Under the pieces are notes generated by a model. The model had not been told where the DNA came from. It saw only the letters and a program-made list of their open reading frames with translations, and did not search any database. A stretch of 64,000 nucleotides of DNA from an uncultured virus (IMG/VR IMGVR_UViG_3300026081_000002) (taxonomy: Duplodnaviria > Heunggongvirae > Uroviricota > Caudoviricetes), in the IMG/VR virus record IMGVR_UViG_3300026081_000002. One strand, 5' to 3'. This document shows positions 38,105 through 47,816 of this stretch, piece by piece (within the stretch, counting starts at the first letter, position 1; the number at the start of each line of letters is the position of its first letter). The translations under genes were made by a program, and so were the position numbers.

Positions 38105-38685
38105 ATTGCTAACCTCGAATCTTTGTAAATTGAACTGGCACTTCCTTTCTGCCAAGCTGCAGTCGGTAAAAACGTTGCGACCTCCCATTCAGGAGCAGGT
38201 ACTCTTGCAAATCTACTTTTTACGTGAGCTCCTAAGTAATGTTTAACACAAGGTTTAAAATATTTCAATTTAGCTGAAGACTTTAACATCCTATATCTTG
38301 CATTGAAAGTTGTAGTGTCATTAAAAGAATTATCAGAAGTTAAGTCCATAAGTCCATCTAAAAACTTTGCTCTCAGTATAGGTGGAAGATAGTGTAAGTT
38401 TAGTCCTAAAAAACCACCAGGTCTCCTTTCAATTACAATTGCTAAAGGAAACGAATCGTAATAAGGTAGCGTTTCTTTATGCTTTGGATCATAATAAAAC
38501 ATGTACATCGAACCAATAGCTTGGCGAGCAGTCAGATCTAATTCTTCCTGCTTCATTAGTTGGTTAGTATTTATTCTTCCTAGACTTGCTGCCTTCTTTC
38601 GAAACCATTCTCTGGATTCTTTTGTTCTTGGTGTAATACCAGCTCTAAAAGCTTCAATCTCTAGTTTTTGAAATAAGTTTGCCAT
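38101..38685 (-). CDS. gp2: DNA end protector protein gp2
   Basis: MYMFYYDPKHKETLPYYDSFPL, FLGLNLHYLPP; late promoter directly upstream. Confidence 0.9.
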   Translation of the reverse strand: MANLFQKLEIEAFRAGITPRTKESREWFRKKAASLGRINTNQLMKQEELDLTARQAIGSMYMFYYDPKHKETLPYYDSFPLAIVIERRPGGFLGLNLHYLPPILRAKFLDGLMDLTSDNSFNDTTTFNARYRMLKSSAKLKYFKPCVKHYLGAHVKSRFARVPAPEWEVATFLPTAAWQKGSASSIYKDSRLAI

Positions 38686-38690
38686 ACCAC

Positions 38691-38698
38691 TATTTATA
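38691..38698 (-). promoter_or_regulatory. T4-type late promoter
   Basis: TATAAATA on minus strand just upstream of gp2 ATG. Confidence 0.7.
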
Positions 38699-39194
38699 TT
38701 CTTTTTAGTGGTTTTAGCTTCTTCATTTTCTTCCACTTAGGAAGTATACCCATTTCTTGTAGTGTTTCTTCTGTCCAAACTTGAAAATCCCACCCTCTGT
38801 CTTGTGCAAAAGTGCTAGCTGCTTTCCACTTATTTACGTTCTTTATGTAGGTTAATCCTTCATTGATGTATCTTTTTGTTTTCTTTCCGGTGGCTGTAAT
38901 TTTTGGTGGAGCTGTTTCTTTCTTTGGTTTTATCTCAACGAGAATAGTTCTTCCATCTTTGTAGTCTATTCTTAGATCAATAAAGTACCTGTGATACTTT
39001 TTGTCAACCTCATAAAAGTAAGGAACTACTGTCTCTTCACTTGACCACTTTTTTACATTTGGATTCTTATCGCACCAGTTAAAACACTTGGCTTCCCACA
39101 TCGACCTATAAATAACATTGTCTGGGTCACCTCTGTATTTTGAGCGGTGATGTACTCTATATTTCCCTTGATATACTTTCATCGTGTTTTCCAT
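38694..39194 (-). CDS. gp4: Head completion nuclease gp4
   Basis: KYRGDPDNVIYRSMWE, WSSE, HRYFID, VEIKP, NKWKAA. Confidence 0.9.
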   Translation of the reverse strand: MENTMKVYQGKYRVHHRSKYRGDPDNVIYRSMWEAKCFNWCDKNPNVKKWSSEETVVPYFYEVDKKYHRYFIDLRIDYKDGRTILVEIKPKKETAPPKITATGKKTKRYINEGLTYIKNVNKWKAASTFAQDRGWDFQVWTEETLQEMGILPKWKKMKKLKPLKRI

Positions 39195-39201
39195 ATAAAT
39201 A
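39194..39201 (+). promoter_or_regulatory. T4-type late promoter for the baseplate operon
   Basis: TATAAATA upstream of 39239 ORF. Confidence 0.7.
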
Positions 39202-39238
39202 CTACTAACTATATTCTACTATTTATTGGAAAGCTACG

Positions 39239-40255
39239 ATGCAATTTAACAGAACAGAACTGTACGATATAAAAGGCTCTAGACTATATTATCCACTAAA
39301 CGATACGAGAAAGTATGGAGGAAGCATTAGCTTTCGAGCTTTTGAAACTATTCCTCCATCTAAATCGGATGTTGTTGGGTTCTTAGGTGATTTTAAAAAG
39401 AGAGCCTCTGACATAGATCTAAAGCAGGCTAATGAAGATGCTGAAATAGAACCTTCAACATTTGACGAGAACGCTATTGAAGAGTTAAGGAGTAACACTT
39501 CAAACAGAACTCAAGTTGTAGATACCTTTGAAAGTGTTTCATTATATCTTCCACCTAATATAGTTGTTACGGACAACATAGATTATAATACAAACGTTCC
39601 ACTAGGAATATTTGGCTCTATTGTTGAACAGACTATGCAAGGAGGAGGCGGAGCAGCTGCAGGACTAGGTAACGCAATAATGGATGCAGGAAAATCTGTA
39701 GTTGATGCGGTGTTTGGAAGTGGTGATGCCCAAGGCGGCGCTGATCTTGCAAGAACACAGTTATCTAGATTAGCAGGTTTAGCACCTGAGGGTACTGAGG
39801 CTGCAATAAGAAGTGGACTACAAACAACACCTAATCCAAACATTAGAGCTATATTCAAGTCGGTTAACCTAAGAGACTTTGTCTTTCAGTTTAAAATGCT
39901 GCCTAAGTCTCAAGAAGAAGCCGAGTGCATAAAGAAAATAATCTACTTTTTTAGAAAAAATATGTATCCAGAATCTATTCCTATTGGTGATATATCTGCG
40001 GGTTATAAGTTTCCAATGAAATTTGATATTCAAATGAGATATGAAAGAGAAGTAACTGAAGAGCTTCGTCTTACATATATGAAGGACAGTGTTGCAACTC
40101 TTTTGAAAAAATGTTACCTAAGAAATGTACAGACTAATTATAACCCTGCAACTATGGCTATGTTTCCAGATGGTAATTTTCAAGAAATAGATTTAAGCTT
40201 GGTATTTGTTGAAGAGCAAACTCTAGACAGGCAAGATATACAGAAAGGTTACTAA
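39239..40255 (+). CDS. gp48: Baseplate tail-tube cap gp48
   Basis: LYLPP, NPNIRAIFKSVNLRDFVFQFKMLPKSQEEA, CYL.NV..NY. Confidence 0.8.
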   Translation: MQFNRTELYDIKGSRLYYPLNDTRKYGGSISFRAFETIPPSKSDVVGFLGDFKKRASDIDLKQANEDAEIEPSTFDENAIEELRSNTSNRTQVVDTFESVSLYLPPNIVVTDNIDYNTNVPLGIFGSIVEQTMQGGGGAAAGLGNAIMDAGKSVVDAVFGSGDAQGGADLARTQLSRLAGLAPEGTEAAIRSGLQTTPNPNIRAIFKSVNLRDFVFQFKMLPKSQEEAECIKKIIYFFRKNMYPESIPIGDISAGYKFPMKFDIQMRYEREVTEELRLTYMKDSVATLLKKCYLRNVQTNYNPATMAMFPDGNFQEIDLSLVFVEEQTLDRQDIQKGY

Positions 40256-41010
40256 TGTCATCATTCTTTACTTCATTCCCCACAATAGGATATAAATTTG
40301 GCAGTGAGAGTAGCGTTTCTGCTTTTCATGATTTAGCAGTCTATGTTGATATTATCTCATCACTAAAGGATCAGACTACTGCTTACGAATATTTTAATAT
40401 AAAAGATAATGACAGACCTGATAACATTTCTAATTTATTGTATGGAACTCCTAACTATTACTGGACATTTTATATTCTTAATGATGGTTTGAAAAGATCT
40501 GGGTGGCCTCTTCCGTATCTTGACTTGCAAGAACTTATAAAGAAAAGATACCCAAACAGAACAATAGTGCTAAGAAAAATATTGAAAGATGACTTTGCAG
40601 TAGGTATGAATGTTTATGGAGTCACATCGGCATCAGGAGGAGTTATTATTGCTAGGAATCTTGAGCTTGGACAAATCGTAGTAAAGCCTACAAATAATAA
40701 AACTTTTATTGCAGGTGAAGTTCTTCAAAGTAATGTAGGACTAGATGGACTAGCTGATGGATCTGGTCAACCTGTTACTAATCATAATATTCATTCTACA
40801 ACATTGGAATATTTAAGTGCACATCACTATGAAGACACTAGTGGAAACTATGTTGATATTGATCCTGTAAATGGACCAGGAGCGAGTTTAGTAGAAGTAA
40901 CTTATCAAGAAAGAATGAGAAAGAAAAACGATTCTTTGAGAAGAATGAAATTTTTTAAACCAAACATCGTAACAGAAATTGTTAAAAAGTTTGAAGATGA
41001 GCTTAAGTAA
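40255..41010 (+). CDS. gp53: Baseplate wedge subunit gp53
   Basis: FF..FP.I.Y, DRPDNISNLLYGTPNYYWTFYILN, WP, HHYE. Confidence 0.85.
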   Translation: MSSFFTSFPTIGYKFGSESSVSAFHDLAVYVDIISSLKDQTTAYEYFNIKDNDRPDNISNLLYGTPNYYWTFYILNDGLKRSGWPLPYLDLQELIKKRYPNRTIVLRKILKDDFAVGMNVYGVTSASGGVIIARNLELGQIVVKPTNNKTFIAGEVLQSNVGLDGLADGSGQPVTNHNIHSTTLEYLSAHHYEDTSGNYVDIDPVNGPGASLVEVTYQERMRKKNDSLRRMKFFKPNIVTEIVKKFEDELK

Positions 41011-42416
41011 TGCCAGACATCGATTTTTACAGTACACCATACAAGTATAGGTTTGATAAAATATCAATCACTACTGAAAGAGGTGGTGGAAATGTATTTA
41101 ATGTTGAAAGAGTCGTAAGTGAATTAAATATATATGAGCACTTAGATAAACCTTTCCTCACCGCAACGTTAGCTTTAAATGATATTGATCCTAAAGTTAG
41201 TCTTTCTAATGAGATACATTTTATGGGTACAGAAAAAGTATCGATAGAAATAAGAACTTACCCAGGAAATGAATTTAAAATCACTAAAAATTTTGTAGTT
41301 AGTGAAGTACTTAAATCTCAAAAATCGAATGACGATAACGAGGTTTTTTTACTTCATCTTGTAGAGGACTGCGCATACGTATCGAGTCTTATGAGAGTTA
41401 CAAAGGCTTATAGAGATAAGAAAGAAAACATAATAAAGTCACTGATTGAAATGACTGGAAGAGAAGTATTATGGAATCCTGATAAACTTCCAGTAGGAGA
41501 TAAACTTACACGACTCATCGTTCCTAACTATACACCTTTAGAAGCTGCAAATTGGGTGAAGGATAGAATACATACCGAACTTGGATTTCCATATTTTTTA
41601 TATTCAACTATTGCAGATGATAATATAAGAATGCTAGATCTAGAATCTATGTTAAAAAAGGATGCTATAAATGAAACACCCTATTCATATACTTTAAACT
41701 CTGATCAAATACCTAATACAAGTAGATCTACTAAAAACAAAAATGATAGGACTAATATAATTGATGAGGCCTCATTTGTAATTAATTCATATAGTGTTGA
41801 AAGAGTAAACGATCATTTGAATATGGCTAGAAAAGGTTTTACTACATCAAAATATAATTTTATTGACACTACGTTTGGCGATAATCTAGAATTTAAATAC
41901 GAGGTAGTTGATACTTTTTCTAAAATGATAAACGATAATGTTTTAAGAGACGCAACAAAGTATCCTATATATGATTACTTAGCAGAATTTAATAATCAAA
42001 AAATACATGAGTATGATACAAGAGAAATAACTCACTTTGCAACTTCTCGACAGTTTAATGATTTCTTTGAATCTGAAAGTTATCATGAAGGTAGAAGTGA
42101 AACAGAACATAGAGCTAAGGTTGTTGCAAAAGCTTTGAGATGGTGGTTAACTAATTCATCTATGAATATCACTGTTCCAGGTAGAAATTTTATGCAGGCT
42201 GGAGATAACATGACTATTGGTAATATTATAAACGTGGCGTTTGCAGCCAATGTTGGACCAGATAGAACCATACGTTTAGAAGAATTAAAAGACCAACAGA
42301 AATCAGGAGATTATTTAGTTTATACGGCAAGACATAAGTTTTCAGGCGAAAGATATGATGTTAATATGACACTGTCAAAACTTGGAACACCTGCTATGGG
42401 TAGAGGATCCTACTAA
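41010..42416 (+). CDS. Putative baseplate hub protein (gp27 position)
   Basis: ELNIYEHLDKPFLTA, ITVPG, SGDYLVYTARHKF; between gp53 and gp5. Confidence 0.55.
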   Translation: MPDIDFYSTPYKYRFDKISITTERGGGNVFNVERVVSELNIYEHLDKPFLTATLALNDIDPKVSLSNEIHFMGTEKVSIEIRTYPGNEFKITKNFVVSEVLKSQKSNDDNEVFLLHLVEDCAYVSSLMRVTKAYRDKKENIIKSLIEMTGREVLWNPDKLPVGDKLTRLIVPNYTPLEAANWVKDRIHTELGFPYFLYSTIADDNIRMLDLESMLKKDAINETPYSYTLNSDQIPNTSRSTKNKNDRTNIIDEASFVINSYSVERVNDHLNMARKGFTTSKYNFIDTTFGDNLEFKYEVVDTFSKMINDNVLRDATKYPIYDYLAEFNNQKIHEYDTREITHFATSRQFNDFFESESYHEGRSETEHRAKVVAKALRWWLTNSSMNITVPGRNFMQAGDNMTIGNIINVAFAANVGPDRTIRLEELKDQQKSGDYLVYTARHKFSGERYDVNMTLSKLGTPAMGRGSY

Positions 42417-43321
42417 TGATAGATACGTGGAGAACAGATGTAAGTCCAAAGTCTTTGTATTCAGATTATGCTGGAGCTGACACTGTATGGTTTACAGGAA
42501 AGGTTATAAGTAATAACGATCCTATGAAACTTGGAAGAGTTCAAATAAGAATTTTTGGAATGCATAGTAATGATATAGGTGAAGTACCTACTAACGCTCT
42601 TCCGTGGGCGCAGACTTTGAATAGCGCTGGAGGTGGAGTATCTGGAATAGGAACATTTAGTTCAATGATTCCTGGTGCGTTTGTTTTTGGTATATTTTTA
42701 GATGGAAGACATGCACAGATTCCTTTTGTCATTGGCTTTAGTGAAACTTTAGAAGGTCCTTCAAATACACAAAAAACAGATCCTACAGCTCCTATATTTC
42801 CAGACAGAGATAAAAATAGAGACCCAATAGATACTCAGACACCGGTTGATATGACAGATGCTTTAGAAGGAGGATCTAACGCTGAAAAAATATTTAACTT
42901 CTATACATCAAATGGTTTTACTTCTGAACAAGCATCAGGGTTCATAGGTAACTTCTTTGCTGAATCTAACTTAAATCCAGAAGCCTTGAACCCAAATGAT
43001 CTAGGAAAACCAGCGTTTGGTCTAGCTCAGTGGAGAGGTGATAGACTAGAAAATCTAAAGAGTTGGTCAGAAGGTAGAGGTTTAGACTATAGAACATTAA
43101 AAGCACAGCTGCAGTTTTCTTTACATGAGTTAAGTGGTACAGAAAGAAATGCAGGTGCAAAGATTAGAAGAGCAGCAACTGCTAGAGAATCTGCATACGT
43201 TATGTGTAGGTATTATGAGAGACCTTCGTATGAAATAGTAAATGGAAACTACACTAGTCCTTCTCTAAGTTTAAGAATACAAGTATCAAAAGATGCTTAT
43301 GAAAGGTTTGCAAGAGCATGA
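42416..43321 (+). CDS. gp5: gp5 N-terminal OB-fold fused to phage tail lysozyme domain
   Basis: WFTGKV...DPMKLGRVQIRIFGMH, LPWA, VFGIFLDG; then GNFFAES, GLAQWRGDR, YYERP. Confidence 0.8.
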   Translation: MIDTWRTDVSPKSLYSDYAGADTVWFTGKVISNNDPMKLGRVQIRIFGMHSNDIGEVPTNALPWAQTLNSAGGGVSGIGTFSSMIPGAFVFGIFLDGRHAQIPFVIGFSETLEGPSNTQKTDPTAPIFPDRDKNRDPIDTQTPVDMTDALEGGSNAEKIFNFYTSNGFTSEQASGFIGNFFAESNLNPEALNPNDLGKPAFGLAQWRGDRLENLKSWSEGRGLDYRTLKAQLQFSLHELSGTERNAGAKIRRAATARESAYVMCRYYERPSYEIVNGNYTSPSLSLRIQVSKDAYERFARA

Positions 43322-44898
43322 CAGAGATTAATAAAGTACCAATTAGTAAAGTTAACAATACTCTAACAAGACTGCCAATAGCCGGCGAGTTCACAAAAGA
43401 GATTGAGAAGATGAACTTTGCTTCTCAACAGTATGCTTCTACGCAAGAGACTCAACTAGGAAAGAAGATTAATCAAGAACAAGGTGGAGTAACTGTTCTT
43501 ACTCAGTCAGACTTATATCCAGCTTCCGTTGGTGGTTCATCAGTTCCACCTATTGTACAAGCAGGAGTTGGAATGAAGTCAGATGAACTTCAGAACGGTG
43601 GAAAGAAAGAACTGCAGTATGCTACCGAGATTGGAAAAATGACACACTCTATGGTTACGATAATCGGAAGTGTTACAGGTAATGGTTATATACACTCTAA
43701 GATAATGTTAGGAACTCCACAAGCTATTAAGAATTCTTATTTTCAGACTGTAGGAAAAGAACCAGATCCTAGTTATGCACCTCAGTTTGCTCCTTCTTCG
43801 TTACAAGGTGCAGCAACTACTGCACTGACATCTATGAGTTCTGCTTCTGATTATTCATCACAGATCGCAAGTGTATCAAATAATGTTATTGAGGCAGTTA
43901 CTGGTCTTTCACAGAAAGTAGATTCACTCGTAGGTAATAAGAACTTAGGAGTAACACAAAGAGCAATACTTAAAACAGAAAATTATTTAGATGGATTCTT
44001 AAAGAATATATCACAAGGAACTCTTACCGAAGAAGAAACAGATAGAGCTACTGATCTGATTATTGCTGGAAATAATAGTCAGGTTATTGACATTGTCCAA
44101 GCAGCAGGAAGAAGAGAAAATAAAGATCTTGGAGATATTTCTGCACTTGAAAATTCTATTATGAGTGTTAATGCTTCTGCGGCAAGTTCTATTACGAATC
44201 AATCAAGTTCGTTTAATAATATGGGTGTATCAAGTAGGAAAACTAAAGACTTAGCTACTATATCTAATAACTGGAATGGTGCAAATACTCCAGCAGAATA
44301 TACTTTTGAGAGAGTACATAGTGTCGAAGAGTTAGTAGCAGAACTTAGATCTGTAACAAGACCAATAACAGAAACTATTGTACACTGGACAGCAAACTTT
44401 AACGATCAAGGTCATATAGGTGCTAGAGAAATACATAACATAGGATTAAGAAGAGGCTTTGCAGGATGTAGTTACCACTACGTTATAAAAAGAAATGGAA
44501 ACATAGAAAGAGGACGGCCAGTAAATATAAAAGGTGCGCATGCTCGAGCAGCAGGCCATAACAATAACAGTATAGGAATATCATTTGTCGCAGGTTATAA
44601 CTGTCCTACTGGCACACCTAATCCAAACAGATACATAAGTGCTGAATCAATTACTCCAGCTCAGTTTGCCGCTTTAGATTCTTATCTAAAAGCTTTCTTT
44701 ATGGTATATCCAGGTGGTCAAGTCTTTGGACACCAAGACTTTGACAGTAATAAGCCAGATCCGGGATTTGATGTTGGAACTTATATCAAATCCAGATTTA
44801 ATAAAGTAAATGTTTCAAATCCTAATAATGGTCCTATAAGTGAAACTCAGATGGCGAGCATTCTTGCAGAGACAACTCAAGGTGAGACTATAGCATGA
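43318..44898 (+). CDS. Virion protein with C-terminal N-acetylmuramoyl-L-alanine amidase (Amidase_2)
   Basis: IVHWTA, YHYVIKRNGNIERGRP...GAH, SIGISFVAG, FGHQD. Confidence 0.85.
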   Translation: MTEINKVPISKVNNTLTRLPIAGEFTKEIEKMNFASQQYASTQETQLGKKINQEQGGVTVLTQSDLYPASVGGSSVPPIVQAGVGMKSDELQNGGKKELQYATEIGKMTHSMVTIIGSVTGNGYIHSKIMLGTPQAIKNSYFQTVGKEPDPSYAPQFAPSSLQGAATTALTSMSSASDYSSQIASVSNNVIEAVTGLSQKVDSLVGNKNLGVTQRAILKTENYLDGFLKNISQGTLTEEETDRATDLIIAGNNSQVIDIVQAAGRRENKDLGDISALENSIMSVNASAASSITNQSSSFNNMGVSSRKTKDLATISNNWNGANTPAEYTFERVHSVEELVAELRSVTRPITETIVHWTANFNDQGHIGAREIHNIGLRRGFAGCSYHYVIKRNGNIERGRPVNIKGAHARAAGHNNNSIGISFVAGYNCPTGTPNPNRYISAESITPAQFAALDSYLKAFFMVYPGGQVFGHQDFDSNKPDPGFDVGTYIKSRFNKVNVSNPNNGPISETQMASILAETTQGETIA

Positions 44899-46916
44899 CA
44901 ACAGAAAATAAAGAACTCGAACTAAGAATACAAGAAGAAGGAATAGCAAAAGTTGAGGCTGAAGGTCGACCTGCTGATGCGTTTTCTGATCCGACTGGTC
45001 AGTACCCTCGTCACGGATATCACGGAGAACAAGGTGTTAATAAAGCAGCAAGAGGTGATGCTGTCAATGAATTAGATTTGAGAAACGGAATCCCAGGAAT
45101 AAACACTGACCTTGCTCAAAGAGTATCAACTCAATATCCGCTTGCAAATACTACCGAATCTGTTTCAGGTCACATAATAGAAATAAACGATACTCCCGGT
45201 GGAGAACGTATTATTATAAGACATAATACTGGCGCCGGAGTTGATATTAAGAGTGATGGAACTGTCATTGTTAATTCTAAGAGTAATAAAGTAGAAATCG
45301 TAGATGCTGATAGTCGTATGGTGGTTGAAGGAAGTGGAAACATTTCATATTATGGAAACTTAAATTTAAATGTCTCAGGCGATTATAATGTGACAGTAGG
45401 TGGTAACTATAACTTAAAGGTAGCAGGTAATTGGATAGTTAATGTTATTGGATCATTTAAGACGACAGTTGCTGGACTAATGTCTGAAGTTGTACAAAAA
45501 TCAAAGTCTGTCATTATATTAGGACAACTAACTCAAACATACTTATCAAATGTAAATCATTTTGTAAAAGGTACTTATCAACATTTTATAAAAGGTAATG
45601 CCGACTACAATCACGGTGCTGTAACTAAGTTTACTTCTCAACTAGAAGTTGATGTTAGTTCACCTAATATTAATATAGCTGGAGATAACATTAATATTCT
45701 TTCAAATGGTGGTACACAAGGTGGAGAAAACGTAATTAAGTACGGTAAGAACATGTATCTTGGAGAGAACTTAGAAAGTAAAACAGTTACAACAACTGCA
45801 GCAAGAGCGGTAACCTTTATAGGTGATTTAAACGGAACTGCACGTGGATCTCTACAAGCTTCTACTGCAGGTGGTCTCGGAGCCGTAAGTGTTCAAGCGC
45901 CTGTATTTAATACAACTGCTGCGGATACTACCAAGACAGAAAAACCAACTTCAGCAATACTAACAGAATATTTAAACCATACTGATCTCGGTATTAAGCG
46001 CGTAAGCATTGATGAAGATAATTCTATTAAGAACTACTATGATAAAACAATTACAAGTGGTGGTATAACTGATAGAGCTCTTGATATTAGAGAGGTTAGA
46101 TCTAGACTTAAATCTTCTTCAGTAAGATCTAACAAAACTTTTATAAATGATAGAATGGCGGCAGGTGTACTAAACTCAAATTTTGTAAATACAGTTCCTA
46201 TAGAAATAGGAAGAGTAAGAGGTGAAGGATCAACAGTAAGAATAGGTCAAAATATTATTGGACAGAAGGGAAGAACACTTATTGACAATAAGTTTAAACC
46301 AGCAGATGCAGCAGCAGAAGCGAAAACTTTTACGTTTCCACTAGAAGCACAGTATAATCCAGATAATCAAGAGGTAATTACTCATTCTACTTTACTTGGA
46401 AAAGGAATTCCAATTTCTAAATTTACCGGTAGCGTAGGAAATAAAACTACGTTGAATCATATTACTACTCAGGACGAAAAGAAACAGATTGCTAGAAACT
46501 TATACGTCCAATCACAAGTTATTAAGAACTTTTACGCCTTAGATATATTCAAAAACTATAACTTAGTAGTCGCAGAAGGTTTATATCAGGCTGGACCAGA
46601 TGAAACACCAACAGGCTTTAACGACTTAGCACAAACAGGAAGAGCTGTCGCTTATGAAGTATACTCAGCGGACGGAGTAATAGCACTTGATAAATTATAT
46701 GACTACGCAGAATTTTTAAAAGATACTTTTAGTTATGATAAGATCGGTCTTGCTTATGATACTTATAACAAGAACGGAAGAGTTCATGGTCAACTTATAG
46801 TAGAAATACCTACTATTCCTTCTTCTTTCACAGCAACGTTTTCAATGAAACTAGAAACTACGTTCAATGGAGAAATTCAAAGTTCATCAGATTTAGTTGA
46901 AATTGTATATAAATAG
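44895..46916 (+). CDS. gp5 C-terminal part (beta-helix spike) with extra C-terminal domain
   Basis: DP.GQYP, YP.A...ESVSGHIIEINDTPGGERI..RH, V.G.Y/W repeats. Confidence 0.75.
   Translation: MTTENKELELRIQEEGIAKVEAEGRPADAFSDPTGQYPRHGYHGEQGVNKAARGDAVNELDLRNGIPGINTDLAQRVSTQYPLANTTESVSGHIIEINDTPGGERIIIRHNTGAGVDIKSDGTVIVNSKSNKVEIVDADSRMVVEGSGNISYYGNLNLNVSGDYNVTVGGNYNLKVAGNWIVNVIGSFKTTVAGLMSEVVQKSKSVIILGQLTQTYLSNVNHFVKGTYQHFIKGNADYNHGAVTKFTSQLEVDVSSPNINIAGDNINILSNGGTQGGENVIKYGKNMYLGENLESKTVTTTAARAVTFIGDLNGTARGSLQASTAGGLGAVSVQAPVFNTTAADTTKTEKPTSAILTEYLNHTDLGIKRVSIDEDNSIKNYYDKTITSGGITDRALDIREVRSRLKSSSVRSNKTFINDRMAAGVLNSNFVNTVPIEIGRVRGEGSTVRIGQNIIGQKGRTLIDNKFKPADAAAEAKTFTFPLEAQYNPDNQEVITHSTLLGKGIPISKFTGSVGNKTTLNHITTQDEKKQIARNLYVQSQVIKNFYALDIFKNYNLVVAEGLYQAGPDETPTGFNDLAQTGRAVAYEVYSADGVIALDKLYDYAEFLKDTFSYDKIGLAYDTYNKNGRVHGQLIVEIPTIPSSFTATFSMKLETTFNGEIQSSSDLVEIVYK
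46908..46915 (+). promoter_or_regulatory. T4-type late promoter
   Basis: TATAAATA upstream of 46950 ORF. Confidence 0.65.
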
Positions 46917-46949
46917 AAGTATCATTAACTTATAACCACGGAGCAGCAT

Positions 46950-47348
46950 ATGACCTATCCTACCGAAGAAATGATCTCAATGATGGAAAATCTTAGAGAA
47001 CAAGCTAACGACATGGAAAAGCATGTAAAGAATATGATCGAAGCTCAAGGAAGAGCTTCTGGAATTGAACTTGATAAAAGAAAGAACGCAAGAGACCTCA
47101 TGGATGAACTTCATGAACACCAAGTAAATGAGGGTATGTGTATGGAAAACGGACATCCGGAAAATCAACAAGAAATGATGTGGGCTTATGTACCTAACAC
47201 TGAGGTTCATTATGATCTAACAAAAGATGAACACTATGATCCAGCAGACTATCAAGAAATGAATATAGTCGATGAAGATGATTGGGAAGATTATGATGGA
47301 TATGATGATGATTATGCTGCAATGCCAGATGACGGAGTGAAAGTTTAA
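46950..47348 (+). CDS. Acidic, Met-rich hypothetical protein
   Basis: GGAG SD, own late promoter. Confidence 0.6.
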   Translation: MTYPTEEMISMMENLREQANDMEKHVKNMIEAQGRASGIELDKRKNARDLMDELHEHQVNEGMCMENGHPENQQEMMWAYVPNTEVHYDLTKDEHYDPADYQEMNIVDEDDWEDYDGYDDDYAAMPDDGVKV

Positions 47349-47351
47349 TAA

Positions 47352-47816
47352 ATGGTAGCTCGAGCAAATGCAGTTGAAGATGGTAAACTAACATTTCCGG
47401 TTCTGAACAGTTCTAGGATCAGACCTAGTTCAGACATCGATCTGCTCTTTGCTCCGAAAAGAAAATCACAAACTGGAGAAACCGGTGATATTTTTAAGAA
47501 GTTTGATGCCGCTGCAGTCAAGCAGTCTGTTAAAAATATTGTAATGACTAATATTGGTGAAAAACCATTTAATCCTAGGTTCGGCGGAAATGTCACCGGT
47601 TTACTCTTTGAAAATTCTGATCCAACTTTGAAGAAAGATTTAGAAGCTCATATAGTTTCATGTTTAGAAACTTATGAACCTAGAGCTGAGAATATAAACG
47701 TAGAGATAGACGATACAGCGATTGATAATAATTATTTAAATGTGAGAGTAGAATTTGCTATTGTTAACTCTCTAGAAACTGTGTCAATACAAACAACGAT
47801 AGCGAGGCTAAGATAA
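47352..47816 (+). CDS. gp25: Baseplate wedge subunit gp25
   Basis: AVKQSVKNIVMTN.GEKPFNPRFGG...LFE...YEPR. Confidence 0.9.
   Translation: MVARANAVEDGKLTFPVLNSSRIRPSSDIDLLFAPKRKSQTGETGDIFKKFDAAAVKQSVKNIVMTNIGEKPFNPRFGGNVTGLLFENSDPTLKKDLEAHIVSCLETYEPRAENINVEIDDTAIDNNYLNVRVEFAIVNSLETVSIQTTIARLR

Noticed and set aside
39107..39114. Extra TATAAATA inside gp4 (plus strand)
   Set aside because: Could be chance in AT-rich DNA; a better placed copy exists at 39194
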